A stretch of DNA of 64,000 nucleotides from Candidatus Eiseniibacteriota bacterium (GTDB taxonomy: Bacteria > Eisenbacteria > RBG-16-71-46 > CAIMUX01): assembly GCA_963833505.1 (NCBI GenBank), contig CAWHYG010000004.1:223025-287024 (forward strand). Reading direction: 5' to 3'. Under the pieces are notes generated by a model. It had not been told where the DNA came from. It did no database searches and saw nothing but the letters and a program-made list of their open reading frames with translations. Both the position numbers and the translations under genes were made by a program. Of the stretch, positions 8,246 through 18,771 are shown piece after piece; the first letter of the stretch is position 1; each line of letters begins with the position of its first letter.

Positions 8246-9732
8246 CCCCGGGAGCGGGCCCGCCTCCGATCGGCCGCGCCGAGGGCGCGCCGGCACAGGT
8301 GACCGAGCACACCTTCGTCATCCTGGGTGGCATGGGAGACCTGGCCGGGCGGAAGCTCCTGCCCGCGGTCTTCCGCATGGTCCGGGACGGAAGGCTCAAG
8401 AGCATGCTGATCGTCGCAGCCTCCCGGAATCGGACGATCGACGACGACGCCTATCGCCGCTGGGCGCGACAGGCACTGCTCGACGCGGGCTTCGCCGAGA
8501 CCGAGCTGTCTCGATGGTGCGACGAGTGCCTCTTCTACGAGCCGGTCGGCGAGGGATCGCTCGAGGACTATGAGGCGCTGGGCGAACGGATCCGCTCCCT
8601 GGAGCAGGGACGCGGCCGTTCGGAGAACCGGATCTTCTATCTGGCCCTGCCTCCGGAGGGGTTTTCGCCGGCGATCGAGAGCCTGGGCCGGGCCGGGCTC
8701 AACCACAGCAGCGGCTGGACGCGCATCGTGGTGGAGAAGCCCTTCGGCCGCGATCTGGACTCGGCCCGGTCGCTGAATGAGGTCCTGCACCGGAGCTTCG
8801 ACGAAACGCAGATCTATCGGATCGACCACTACCTGGGCAAGGAGACGGTCCAGAACGTGCTTTGCTTCCGCTTCGCCAATCCCATCTTCGAGTCCCAGTG
8901 GAACCGCGAACGCATCGGCCGGGTCGAGATCACGGTGTCCGAGAGCCTCGGCGTGGAAGGCCGCGGCGGCTATTACGAGCAGGCCGGCGTGCTCCGGGAC
9001 ATGATCCAGAACCACCTCACCCAGCTTCTCACGCTGATCGCGATGGAGGTGCCGGGGGGCTTCGGCGCGGATGAGATCCGCTTCGAGAAGATCAAAGCCC
9101 TCCGCTCCATTCCATCGATCGGGCCGGAGGACGTCGTCTACGGGCAGTACGGGCCGGGACAGATCGAAGGAAAGGCGGTCGTGGGCTACCAGGCGGAATC
9201 GAGGGTCGCGCCCGACTCCAAGGTTCCCACCTTCGTGGCTCTCCGGCTGTCGATCCAGAACTGGCGCTGGCAGGGGGTCCCCTTCCTGCTTCGAACCGGC
9301 AAACGGCTGCCTCGTCGGTCCACGCGGATCGCCGTCGTGTTTCGGCGTCCTCCGGTTTCCATCTTCCGGGATCTGCCGCCGGGCGCGCTGCACGGCAACG
9401 TGCTGCGGCTCGACCTCGAGCCCGATGAAGGCTTCCACCTCACCTTCGACGTGAAGAAACCGGGATCGCCGCGGCGCTTCTCCACCGAGGTTCTGCAGTT
9501 TCTCTACCGCGAGGCGTTCGAGCCGCTGCCGCCTCCGTACGAGACCCTCCTCGTCGACGTCGTCCAGGGGGATCAGACCCTTTTCGTGCACTCCGATGAG
9601 GTCGAGGCTTCCTGGCGCTTGTACACGCCGGTGCTGCAGCAGGAGCGGCCGGTCTTTCCGTATCCGGCGGGAAGCTGGGGGCCGGGGGAAGCGGATGCGC
9701 TGTTGAACGGAGAGGCTTGGATGATGCCCTGA
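8242..9732 (+). CDS. zwf: Glucose-6-phosphate 1-dehydrogenase
   Basis: 496 aa with the 'RIDHYLGKE' G6PD signature. The ATGA overlap with the upstream gnd suggests translational coupling. Confidence 0.9.
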   Translation: MTPGAGPPPIGRAEGAPAQVTEHTFVILGGMGDLAGRKLLPAVFRMVRDGRLKSMLIVAASRNRTIDDDAYRRWARQALLDAGFAETELSRWCDECLFYEPVGEGSLEDYEALGERIRSLEQGRGRSENRIFYLALPPEGFSPAIESLGRAGLNHSSGWTRIVVEKPFGRDLDSARSLNEVLHRSFDETQIYRIDHYLGKETVQNVLCFRFANPIFESQWNRERIGRVEITVSESLGVEGRGGYYEQAGVLRDMIQNHLTQLLTLIAMEVPGGFGADEIRFEKIKALRSIPSIGPEDVVYGQYGPGQIEGKAVVGYQAESRVAPDSKVPTFVALRLSIQNWRWQGVPFLLRTGKRLPRRSTRIAVVFRRPPVSIFRDLPPGALHGNVLRLDLEPDEGFHLTFDVKKPGSPRRFSTEVLQFLYREAFEPLPPPYETLLVDVVQGDQTLFVHSDEVEASWRLYTPVLQQERPVFPYPAGSWGPGEADALLNGEAWMMP

Positions 9733-9760
9733 CCCGGCATCCTGGCCTCTGAGGATCATT

Positions 9761-10921
9761 CTATCTCCCCGGATCAGAGTCTCCGCAGCTCCCCAGCAGC
9801 TCCCCCCGGTAGGCGTAGAGGCTGAAGATCCCTCCGGTGTGCAGGAAGAGGACGTTCTCCCCCGCCCGGAAGCGCCCGCGACGCGCCTCCTCGCACAGGC
9901 CATAGAAAGCCTTCCCGGTATAGACGGGATCAAGCAAGAGACCGTCCTCACGCGCGGTTTCCCGGAGAAACCGGAGCAGCGCCGGCCAGGTCCTGGCGTA
10001 GCCGGGGCCCTTGTATCCTTCGATGATCCGCACGTCCTCCCGCCGGATCAGCGTCTGGCCCGACGCGGAACCATCCGATCCCGCGGCGGCGCCTCGGGCT
10101 GAAAACCGCGCGAAAAACTCCTCCGCGATCGCGAGCACCCGCTCCTCGAAATACGCCGCATCGTCGCAGACGTTCACGCCCCAGATCTTCGTGCGAAGGC
10201 CGCGGTCCCGCGCGCCCAGGAGAAGCCCGGCCAGCGTGCCGCCCGAACCGGTGGCGCAGACGATGTGATCCCACGGGGAATCGATCGGCGCGCCGGGGGT
10301 CGACTCCGGGCCGCAAACCCCGCGGTCCAGATGTCCCAAGATCGGGCCGATCTCCTCGTCCTCGGCGTTGGCTTGGGCGCGGTTCTCCGGCGGGATTCCC
10401 TGCCGGATCAGCTCGTCGATGAGCATCAGATAGCCGCACGATCCCAGCGCGTTCGAGCCGCCTTCGGGGATCACGTAGGGGCGCCGGCCACGGGCGCGCG
10501 CCTCCTCGGCCGCCGCGCGCATGAGCGCCGCGCGATCGGCGTACTGCTCGGGGCTGATGAAGCGAAGCTCGGCGCCTACCAGCACGTTCAGCAGCAGGTT
10601 GCCGTCGCGATCGCCAGGGTCCTCGCCGCGCAGGAACAGAAGGCTGTCCATGTCCAGGCGGCGCGCCGCGACCGCGGTGGCGCGGCAGTGGTTCGATTGC
10701 ACGCCGCCGCAGGTCAGGATCAGGTCGGCGCGCTGCTCACGGGCCTCGGACAGAAGGAACTCGAGCTTCCGCACCTTATTGCCGGAGAGGTCCAGCCCGG
10801 TCTCGTCATCGTGTTTGACGAAGATGCGCGGGCCGGCCAGATCCTCGCTCAACCGCCGAAGAAACCGGATGCGCGTCGGGAAGATCCCGAGATGAATCCG
10901 CGGCGGAAGCTGGAAACTCAC
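9761..10921 (-). CDS. PLP-dependent ACC deaminase / D-cysteine desulfhydrase family protein
   Basis: 386 aa with 'SGNKVRKLEFLL' and 'CGGVQSNHCRATA' motifs of the ACCD/DcyD family. Longer than typical, with internal insertions. Confidence 0.7.
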   Translation of the reverse strand: MSFQLPPRIHLGIFPTRIRFLRRLSEDLAGPRIFVKHDDETGLDLSGNKVRKLEFLLSEAREQRADLILTCGGVQSNHCRATAVAARRLDMDSLLFLRGEDPGDRDGNLLLNVLVGAELRFISPEQYADRAALMRAAAEEARARGRRPYVIPEGGSNALGSCGYLMLIDELIRQGIPPENRAQANAEDEEIGPILGHLDRGVCGPESTPGAPIDSPWDHIVCATGSGGTLAGLLLGARDRGLRTKIWGVNVCDDAAYFEERVLAIAEEFFARFSARGAAAGSDGSASGQTLIRREDVRIIEGYKGPGYARTWPALLRFLRETAREDGLLLDPVYTGKAFYGLCEEARRGRFRAGENVLFLHTGGIFSLYAYRGELLGSCGDSDPGR

Positions 10922-10929
10922 GGGACGGC

Positions 10930-12045
10930 TCAGAAGATCTGCTTGATCTTGCTGAGGAGGCCGACGCGCCCGACGTCATTCCAGATGATCACGACCATGA
11001 GCGCCAGAAGGAGCACCATCCCCACCTGCTGGATCGCCAGCTTGATGCGGGTCGAGATCGGACGGCGGGTCACCGCCTCGATCACGATCATGGCAAGATG
11101 CCCTCCGTCCAGCACCGGAATCGGAAGGATGTTGAGCAGCCCGATGTTGATGCTGATGAAGGCGATGAAGAGCAGCAGCGAGACGGCGCCTCCTTTGGCG
11201 CTCTCGCCGGACCATTTGGCGATGGCGACCGGCCCCGCCAGATCGTGGATCGAGGCCTTGCCGGTGATGAGCATGCCGATGGTGTCGAGCCCGAGCTGCA
11301 GCCGGTCCCAGGTCAGACGAACTCCGGTCAAGAGCGCCAGTCCGAAACCCGCCGGCTGGTAGGTCGGGCGGGGACTGATCCCGATCACTCCGACGTCGAC
11401 GATCTTCCCGTTGACCGGCGCCTTCTGGCGCTCGGGAACGAGCGTCGCCTCCTTGTGCTCTCCGCCGTGATCCCACTCGACCTGGATGCTCTCGCCCGCC
11501 TTGCCGTGGATGATCTGGCTGAGCTGGTCCCAGGTGGCGACCGGCTGCCCGTTGACCGAGAGGATCCGGTCGCCGGGCGCGATCCCGGCATGTTCGGCGG
11601 GAAGTCCCGGGCTGATCGTGTCGACCACGGGATCGTGCACGACCGCGACCCCTTCGGCCAGGGTCACCCCGGAGTAGATTCCGGTCGCCAGCACGAAGTT
11701 CATGATCACGCCCGCGGTGATCACCAGGACCTTCTGCCAGGCCGCCTTGGACATGAACTCATCGGGCGCGCCGGTGATCGCCTCCGGAGATTCCAAGCTT
11801 TCATCGATCATCCCGGCCATCTTGACGTACCCGCCCAGGGGCACGGCGGAGAGGCAGTAGTCGGTGTCGCCGACCTTCTTCCCGACCAGCCGCGGCGGAT
11901 AGCCGATGGAGAACCTCTCGACCCGGATCTTCACCGCCTTGGCGGCGATGAAGTGGCCGAACTCGTGGATGAAGATGACGATTCCGATCACGATGATGAA
12001 AGGAACGAGCGTTCCCGTGACGAACGTGAGCAAGGGCTGCATCAA
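10930..12045 (-). CDS. rseP: RIP site-2 metalloprotease RseP
   Basis: 371 aa with 'HEFGHFIAAK' HExxH in a TM segment, an internal PDZ-like region and a C-terminal TM region. Confidence 0.85.
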   Translation of the reverse strand: MMQPLLTFVTGTLVPFIIVIGIVIFIHEFGHFIAAKAVKIRVERFSIGYPPRLVGKKVGDTDYCLSAVPLGGYVKMAGMIDESLESPEAITGAPDEFMSKAAWQKVLVITAGVIMNFVLATGIYSGVTLAEGVAVVHDPVVDTISPGLPAEHAGIAPGDRILSVNGQPVATWDQLSQIIHGKAGESIQVEWDHGGEHKEATLVPERQKAPVNGKIVDVGVIGISPRPTYQPAGFGLALLTGVRLTWDRLQLGLDTIGMLITGKASIHDLAGPVAIAKWSGESAKGGAVSLLLFIAFISINIGLLNILPIPVLDGGHLAMIVIEAVTRRPISTRIKLAIQQVGMVLLLALMVVIIWNDVGRVGLLSKIKQIF

Positions 12046-12109
12046 GACCCCCGGAGCCAGTGACCGCCCGAACCGCGCCGGCCGGCGCGCCCGGGCGCAT
12101 CGATGAAAA

Positions 12110-12937
12110 TCAGTCGTTTCGCCGGAGCAGTCCGGCCCGGAGCAGGAAGTACAGAAGCTGCAGGATCGCCGCCGAGGCCGCAGCCACGTAGGTCATGGCC
12201 GCCGCCGTCAGGACTTTCTTGACCCCATCCAGCTCGACGCCGGTGACGATCGCCTGCGAGCGCAGCACGCCGATGGCGCGGCGGGAGGCGTCGAATTCCA
12301 CCGGCAGCGTGACGAGCTGGAAGATGACCGCCGCGGAGAAGAAGATGATCCCGAGCTTGACCAGACTGAACGCGCCGAAGATGAACCCGATCATGAGCAG
12401 CGGCCAGGCCAGGTTGGAGCTGACCGTCGTGATGGGCACCATGGCGGTGCGCCACTGGAGCGGAAGGTAGCCGCGGGCGTGCTGCAGGGCATGCCCGGAT
12501 TCGTGCGCCGCGACGCCGACGCTTGAGACCGACCGTCCGTCATAGACCTCCGGAGAAAGCCGGAGGACCCGGGTCCGGGGGTCGTAATGGTCGCTCAGGA
12601 ACCCTGTTACCCGCTCCACTTTCACCCCGAGCGCGGCACTCCGGACGATGCGCTCGGCCGCTTCCGCCCCCGACAGCCCGCCCGCGACAGCGACCTTCGA
12701 GTACTTGGCAAAGGCGCTCTTCACCCAGACCTGGGCGATGATCGACAGGATCAACGCCGGACCGACGATGATGAAATAGATCGGATCAAAAAACATGAGG
12801 CACCTCCGCGGCGAGAAACCGCCTCTCGGGGTATTACGCCCCCGCGGCGGACCGGGTTCCTCGCCCCGACCGACGGCAGGATCTTCGGTCTGGCTTCCAT
12901 AGAGGATTCCAGCCGGAGATCCGATGGTCAAGGCCAT
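12110..12937 (-). CDS. Putative neutral zinc metallopeptidase (Zn_peptidase_2 family membrane protein)
   Basis: 275 aa, N-terminal TM, 'HESGHALQH' motif. The family assignment is from memory. Confidence 0.7.
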   Translation of the reverse strand: MALTIGSPAGILYGSQTEDPAVGRGEEPGPPRGRNTPRGGFSPRRCLMFFDPIYFIIVGPALILSIIAQVWVKSAFAKYSKVAVAGGLSGAEAAERIVRSAALGVKVERVTGFLSDHYDPRTRVLRLSPEVYDGRSVSSVGVAAHESGHALQHARGYLPLQWRTAMVPITTVSSNLAWPLLMIGFIFGAFSLVKLGIIFFSAAVIFQLVTLPVEFDASRRAIGVLRSQAIVTGVELDGVKKVLTAAAMTYVAAASAAILQLLYFLLRAGLLRRND

Positions 12938-13154
12938 TGTACGAACCGCGATTCGCGTCAGGCGCTCGACCGCTCATCCGATTTGCCGATCATCCGCATC
13001 CATGCTGATCGGATTCTCTGGTTCCCTGATTCTCCGCTTGACCGCTCATCCGTCTATCCGCGCGAGCGCCGGGGAGTTATCCCAGCGTCGGTTTGAACCC
13101 CGTGCCAGCGACAGGGGAACGACCGCAGGCAGCTCCGTGCCGATGTGGTGGAAC

Positions 13155-15437
13155 CTATCGCAGCGTCGGCTTCAGCGAAGCGCGGAGCTCGTCCAGGTTT
13201 TTCAGGAGCTTGGTCGCTCCCGGATGGCCGGGTTGCGCGGCGAGCACGATCCTGGTCTGCTGATAGGCCTCTTCCAGCCAGGCGACGGGCACCGGATGGC
13301 CGGCCTCGGCCTCCATGTGCGCCTCGAGAGCCAGGGATCCGGCCAGCCCCAGGTGGGTGGACGGATCGTCCCCACCCCGGGCCAACGCCTGGCGGAAGGC
13401 ATCCACCGCCTCCGCGGGCCGATCAAGGGACACGAGAGCGACCCCGAGATCGTGCCAGTGGTTCAGGCTGGGATCGAGCTGCATGGCGTGGCGGTAGGCG
13501 TCGACCACGAGGTCGGGGCGATTGGCTCCGGTGGCGGCGTATCCGACCAGCTCCCACGAAGTGGCCACCGAGTGGTCCTCCTTCACGAGCTTCTGAAACC
13601 AGTCCAGCGCCGTGCCGTAGTCCTTTTTTTGCAGCCCCAGCTTGCCCAGCATCTCGTAGCCCATGCTGGCAAGGCCGACGTTGTTGGGGTCGTCGGCCAG
13701 GCCCGCCTCATACTCCTTCTCCGCCAGATCGAGCTCTCCGCGCGAGAAGTAGATCGACCCGAGGAGGATGCGGAAGCGGGCGTTCGAGGGGTAGGTCGCA
13801 ACGCAGCGCTGGTACATCTGCTCGGCCCGCTCCATGTCGTTCCCCTTGCGGTAGTACTTGCCGAGCTCCTCGTAGCCGTAGGCGCGGGGAAAGGCGGGAA
13901 AGTCAGCCAGCACGGACGTGAAGCGAGCGATGGAACGCGTCTCCATGTGCAGGAGCGTCACCCACGGCGCGGTCATCAGAAGCCCCACCGCCAGGATCAT
14001 CCCCAGGACCGGATCCGGCCGACCGCTTTCTCTTCCCGCCGCCGCCACCGCTCCCGCGTCCGCGTTCGCGCCTCGTCGACGCTTCGACCCGGGTCGCCTC
14101 GACGTCTCCGGGATCCCGGTTTCGTTCGAAGTCAGGGCCGGGCTCGGCGCAGTCGGGACCGGAATCGCCTCCGGCTCGACCGATGGCCCCAGACGATCTC
14201 CGCCGTCCGCCCTCGGCAACAGCAGGGCCGCCAGCGGGATCAATCCGCCGGAAAGCCCGGCCAGCATGTCCCAGTCGCGCGCGCCGCCGAGCTTCTTGTC
14301 CAGCAGGAAGTAGAACAGGGTGATCGGTACGATCTGGCTGAGCAGGAACGGCACCGGTTCCCGGCGAAGCCTCGGATAGAGACGCCGCCAGCTCGCCAGC
14401 ACCACCACGAGCGGCACCGGGGCCATGATGAGCAGGTCGTTGAACGTGTCCTTCAGGTGATACCAGGAAAAGAGGCCGTAGCTGCCGCGGATCGGAATCC
14501 AGAGGGAGTGGGCGTTCCGGTTCTCGAAGAACTCCTTGTGAACCCAGTAGGCGTTGTAACCCGCGAGAAAATGCAGCCCCGCCGCCAGGCCCAGGAAAAA
14601 CGCCGGAGGGCCGACCGCCAGGAGCCAGCGCCGCCACGCCGGCCGCACGGGCGCTTTCAACGCGAGATAGAGGATGGCGGTGCCACAGAACAAGCTGGTC
14701 AAATGAAAGGCCAGGGCGATCCCGTACAACGTGGAAGCGACCCAGAGCGGAAGCCGCTCCTCCAACACCAGGACTCCCGCGATCAGGAAGGCGTTCATGA
14801 ACAGCAGGAGCCAGGTATAGCTTTCGACGTAGCCGAAGAAGAGCGTGGCCGGCCCGAAAAGGAAGAGGAGCAGGAAAAGGGCGGCCTTGCGCCACGGCTC
14901 CCAGGAGAGCCTCCCGATCAGGCTCCGGTAGAGAAGCACCGCGATCATCCCCGCCAGGACGGAGGCGGTCCGGTACACGCCGAAGGACGTCACCCAGGAC
15001 AGGTGGCGACTGAGATACTCGTACACCCGGACGTGAAAGAGATAGTCGAGGGCGTCAAAGGTGCGGAACTTCACCAGGCGGCCGACCAGCTCTCCGACCA
15101 GGTAGCCGTCCCCCATGAAGAACGAGCGCTCCCGGACGAGCGCGAAGAGCGCGCCGGCCGACGGCACCAGGATCCAGGGAGCGGAGCGGCGCTCGAAGAG
15201 GAAGCGCGGAACCGGGCCCGCCATCGCCGAGGTCAGGCGTTCCTGGGCGCGCGGCCACGCCGCCAGAAGCGCGGCCGCGATCCAGAGCGCGAAAAACCAG
15301 ACCGGCAGATACGCCAGGTGGTTGAAACCCCATGCCGGAGGTCCGGGCACGAAGCGGCCCGCGAACATGAGGACAAGCAGGATGCCAAGCCCGATCCGGA
15401 GGCCCCGGTTCCTCCTGCTGGCGGGATGTCCGTCCAT
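13155..15437 (-). CDS. Polytopic membrane protein (DUF2723 / PMT-like glycosyltransferase-like N-terminus) with a C-terminal TPR repeat domain
   Basis: 760 aa with more than 10 predicted TM helices and TPR-like repeats at the C-terminus ('YYRKGNDMERAEQMYQRCVATYPSN...'). Confidence 0.6.
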   Translation of the reverse strand: MDGHPASRRNRGLRIGLGILLVLMFAGRFVPGPPAWGFNHLAYLPVWFFALWIAAALLAAWPRAQERLTSAMAGPVPRFLFERRSAPWILVPSAGALFALVRERSFFMGDGYLVGELVGRLVKFRTFDALDYLFHVRVYEYLSRHLSWVTSFGVYRTASVLAGMIAVLLYRSLIGRLSWEPWRKAALFLLLFLFGPATLFFGYVESYTWLLLFMNAFLIAGVLVLEERLPLWVASTLYGIALAFHLTSLFCGTAILYLALKAPVRPAWRRWLLAVGPPAFFLGLAAGLHFLAGYNAYWVHKEFFENRNAHSLWIPIRGSYGLFSWYHLKDTFNDLLIMAPVPLVVVLASWRRLYPRLRREPVPFLLSQIVPITLFYFLLDKKLGGARDWDMLAGLSGGLIPLAALLLPRADGGDRLGPSVEPEAIPVPTAPSPALTSNETGIPETSRRPGSKRRRGANADAGAVAAAGRESGRPDPVLGMILAVGLLMTAPWVTLLHMETRSIARFTSVLADFPAFPRAYGYEELGKYYRKGNDMERAEQMYQRCVATYPSNARFRILLGSIYFSRGELDLAEKEYEAGLADDPNNVGLASMGYEMLGKLGLQKKDYGTALDWFQKLVKEDHSVATSWELVGYAATGANRPDLVVDAYRHAMQLDPSLNHWHDLGVALVSLDRPAEAVDAFRQALARGGDDPSTHLGLAGSLALEAHMEAEAGHPVPVAWLEEAYQQTRIVLAAQPGHPGATKLLKNLDELRASLKPTLR

Positions 15438-15816
15438 GCACCCAACCTAGCACAGGTCTTCGGCCGGCGCTCCTCGGGAGAGCAAGCCGGATCGGATCCG
15501 CCGACGACCCGGATTGGATCGTCTGACGACCCGGATTGGATCCTCCGACCACCCAGCCGCAACCACGCTATCGCCCACCGGGGCCGATCCGGACTGGGAG
15601 AAGGCGGTGGTCCGGCAGGTTCCGGGTGCCGCGTGGAAGATCCTGTGCGAAAATGCTCCGGAACGGAGGTCCGGCGGCGACCGATAACAACGGAAGAGCC
15701 TCGTGGAGCCCCGGGTGGATCCGCAGAGCCGACCCTGGCATGTCGGACGACGCGGTCCGGCGCGCGGGGCGGATCGGCGTGCTGCGCGAACCGGCATCAC
15801 GCGGAAGGAGAACAGT

Positions 15817-16650
15817 GTGATCGAGAAACTGCGCATCAAACCCGGCACCCGGGTTACCCTCAAGGACTGGGATCCCGCCGACACCTTCGGCCACTCCCGC
15901 AAGGCGATCGCGGCCGAGCTGGCCGAGCTCAAGGAGACGATCGTCCAGCGCCAGGCGATGCTGCACGCCGATCACCGCCATGCCGTGCTCGTGATCTTCC
16001 AGGCTCTCGACGCCGGCGGCAAGGACGGGGTCATCGGCCATGTCCTCTCGGGCGTCAATCCGCAGGGATGCAGCGTCATCGGCTTCAAACAGCCCACGGC
16101 GGAAGAGCTGGAGCACGACTACCTCTGGCGCATCCACCGCGTGATTCCGGCGGCGGGCATGATCGGGATCTTCAATCGATCCCATTACGAGGACGTGCTC
16201 GCCGTCCGGGTGCGCGATCTGGTGCCGGAAACGGAGTGGCGGGCGCGGTACGAGCAGATCAACCGGTTCGAGCAATACCTGCACGAGAACCGGGTCAAGA
16301 TCCTGAAGTTCTATCTCCACATCTCGAAGAAGGAGCAGCAGCGCCGGCTCCTGGAAAGGCTGCTCGATCCGGAGAAGAACTGGAAGTTCGAGCCCGGCGA
16401 CCTGGTGACCCGGGAGCACTGGAACGCGTACACGGAGGCCTACGAGGAAGCCCTTGGGCGCTGCTCGACCGAGCACGCCCCCTGGTACGTGATTCCGTCC
16501 GATCACAAGTGGTTCCGGAACCTCGCCGTGGCGAAGATCCTCGCCGAAGCGCTGAAGGAGCTTCCCCTCCACTGGCCGAAGCCGAAAGCGGAGACGAAGG
16601 CCCTGGTCAACCTCGCGAAGAAGACGGGGAAGCTTCCGGTCGAGAAGTGA
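15817..16650 (+). CDS. ppk2: Polyphosphate kinase 2 family protein (PPK2)
   Basis: Walker A 'DAGGKDG' plus 'FNRSHYEDVL', typical of PPK2. GTG start at 15817 with GGAAGGAG 7 nt upstream. The ORF-track start at 15703 is probably an over-extension. Confidence 0.85.
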   Translation: MIEKLRIKPGTRVTLKDWDPADTFGHSRKAIAAELAELKETIVQRQAMLHADHRHAVLVIFQALDAGGKDGVIGHVLSGVNPQGCSVIGFKQPTAEELEHDYLWRIHRVIPAAGMIGIFNRSHYEDVLAVRVRDLVPETEWRARYEQINRFEQYLHENRVKILKFYLHISKKEQQRRLLERLLDPEKNWKFEPGDLVTREHWNAYTEAYEEALGRCSTEHAPWYVIPSDHKWFRNLAVAKILAEALKELPLHWPKPKAETKALVNLAKKTGKLPVEK

Positions 16651-16814
16651 TCGTCCCGGGACTGGGCGGCTATCGGCTCGCGGCGCGGCCCGGGACCCTG
16701 GGCATCAACCAGGAGCACCGGACAATCGATCGGCGCTGGATGTTCCACCGGGTCGCGGAGCGCGCGCTTCGTCGGTGCCCCGGGTCGGACGATCCGTTAC
16801 AATGACCGCCAGCC

Positions 16815-17876
16815 ATGCAAAACACGCGCCCGCCCATGGTCCGGCTGATGATGATCGACCGGGAGATTCGAGCCGGACGTTTCCCGAACGCCGCCAGGAT
16901 GGCGAAGCTGCTCGAAACCTCCCCGCGCACGATCCAGCGCGACTTCGAGTTTCTGCGGGATTCCCTGCAGGCTCCCCTGGAGTGGAGCGCGCCCGACAAC
17001 GGCTACCGGTACACCGAGCCCAGCTTCTTCCTGCCCGTCCAGCAGTTGACCGAAGGCGAGCTTCTCGCCGTGCTGGTCGCGGACAAGGCCCTGAACGAAT
17101 TCCGGGGCACGCCGTTCGAGGGGCGGCTGCGATCCATCTTCGAGAAGCTGACTCTGGCTCTCCCGGACGAGGTGACCGTCTCGCCCCGCGAGCTGGCGCA
17201 TGCCTTCTCTTTCCAGTGGACCGCTCCAGTGCCGACCGACGCGAAGATCTTCTGTTCGCTCCAGCAGGGCATCCGCGATGCCGAGACCCTGGCGGTCCTC
17301 TATCACACGCAAAGCCGGGGAACGACCGCCTGGCGGGAAATCGATCCCTTCCATCTCGCCAACGTGGACGGCGAGTGGTACCTGCTCGCCTGGTGCCATC
17401 GCAATCGGGAGATCCGCGTGTTCCGTCCCTCCCGCATCCGGCAATGCAAGGGCACGGGCCGGCATTTCGAGCCTCCGGCCGACTTCGACCCGGCCCACTT
17501 CCTGCGGACGAAATTCCACGCCATGGCCGGGGATCGGCCCGTCGAGGTCCGGATCCGTTTCGATCCGGCCCTGGCCGGCTACGTGACGGAACGGGAGTGG
17601 GGCCCGGCCGCCCGGGTCCAGTACCTGACCGACGGGGGCATCGAGCTGGGTCTGACCTCCGAGAACGCGGACGCGATCGTCCGATGGGTCCTGAACTGGG
17701 GACCGGGCGCCGAGATTCTCGGCCCTCCGTGGGTCCGCCGCCGGGTGCGGTCCATGCTCGCGAAGCTCAGGGCAAGATACGAGGGACAGCCCAGCCGCCG
17801 CCGGTCCTCCGTGCGGCCGAGCCGGACCGCCGGCCGGGTCTACAAACCTCCCTCCGTGAAGGCCCGCGTCCGCTGA
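16815..17876 (+). CDS. WYL-domain transcriptional regulator (N-terminal HTH plus WYL domain, PafBC/BrxR-like architecture)
   Basis: 353 aa. The N-terminal HTH reads 'RMAKLLETSPRTIQRDFEFL'. The WYL core reads 'REIDPFHLANVDGEWYLLAWCHRNREIRVFRPSRI'. Confidence 0.8.
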   Translation: MQNTRPPMVRLMMIDREIRAGRFPNAARMAKLLETSPRTIQRDFEFLRDSLQAPLEWSAPDNGYRYTEPSFFLPVQQLTEGELLAVLVADKALNEFRGTPFEGRLRSIFEKLTLALPDEVTVSPRELAHAFSFQWTAPVPTDAKIFCSLQQGIRDAETLAVLYHTQSRGTTAWREIDPFHLANVDGEWYLLAWCHRNREIRVFRPSRIRQCKGTGRHFEPPADFDPAHFLRTKFHAMAGDRPVEVRIRFDPALAGYVTEREWGPAARVQYLTDGGIELGLTSENADAIVRWVLNWGPGAEILGPPWVRRRVRSMLAKLRARYEGQPSRRRSSVRPSRTAGRVYKPPSVKARVR

Positions 17877-18075
17877 AGGAATCAAGCGGACGGCGCATCG
17901 GGCTTTGCCTTCGTTCCATGAAATTTGCCAGACTTGCCCTCGGCCGGCGGCCTGCCGCCCACCGGGAGGCGGATGCCTCCGAGGCGATTCGCCCCGGAAA
18001 CCGGTCCTTTCGATGCGGGCGCAGACTGCCGATAGACAAGCAGCCGGCCGGCGGGACCAGAGGAGAACCGACGAG

Positions 18076-18636
18076 ATGAACCTCCCAGCCACCCAGATCA
18101 AGGTGGGCCAGGTCGTACTCTACAACGGCGAGCCGTGCCGCGTGGCCAAGACTCTCCATATCACCCCGGGAAACTGGCGTGGCATGGTCCAGATGAAGCT
18201 GGTGAACATCCGCACCGGGACCGGCTACGAGAACCGGTTCCGTTCGGAGGAGAAGCTCGACATCGCCGACATGGAAGAGCATCCCCTCAAGTACCTGTAT
18301 CACCAGGGGGACGAATACCACTTCATGAACACCGAGTCCTACGAGATGATGATGTTGACCGCGGAGACTCTCGGAGACGCCGCCTATTACATCATCGAGG
18401 AGTCGGAGGTGACGGCGCTCTTCTACGAAGGCGCTGCGGTTTCGATCGAGGTCCCGAACTTCGTCGTGCTCACGGTGGCCGAGTGCGATCCCTCCTTGAA
18501 GGGAGCGACGGTCAGCTCGTCCCCCAAGACCGCCAAGACGGAGACCGGTCTGACGATCAAGGTTCCCCAATTCATCGGCATCGGCGACAAGGTCAAGATC
18601 GACACGCGCGACGGCAGCTTCGTGGAACGCGCGTGA
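18076..18636 (+). CDS. efp: Elongation factor P
   Basis: 187 aa 'MNLPATQIKVGQVVLYNGEPCRV...' is the classic EF-P KOW N-terminus. ATG at 18076 after AGGAG. The track ORF starts earlier, at 17905. Confidence 0.9.
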   Translation: MNLPATQIKVGQVVLYNGEPCRVAKTLHITPGNWRGMVQMKLVNIRTGTGYENRFRSEEKLDIADMEEHPLKYLYHQGDEYHFMNTESYEMMMLTAETLGDAAYYIIEESEVTALFYEGAAVSIEVPNFVVLTVAECDPSLKGATVSSSPKTAKTETGLTIKVPQFIGIGDKVKIDTRDGSFVERA

Positions 18637-18771
18637 GACAGTCCGGCGGGAGCGCCCGGCCCGGCGCAACGACGTGCTCGCAGGTCAGCCGCGCCGGAAC
18701 GGCCACGCCGGCGGCTGGACGGTTGCAGGTTTGAAGCCGGCCGGCGGAAACGGCCAGAAAGGGGCAGAGAC

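Noticed and set aside
4940-8296. 1118-aa ORF on the - strand
   Set aside because: Antisense to tkt and gnd, which have unambiguous homology. Low-complexity composition.
7891-9951. 686-aa ORF on the - strand
   Set aside because: Antisense to zwf.
12924-16805. 1293-aa ORF on the + strand
   Set aside because: It is antisense to the TPR membrane protein and out of frame with ppk2. It is Arg/Gly/Pro-rich low-complexity with no motifs. This is a typical open-frame artefact of high-GC DNA.
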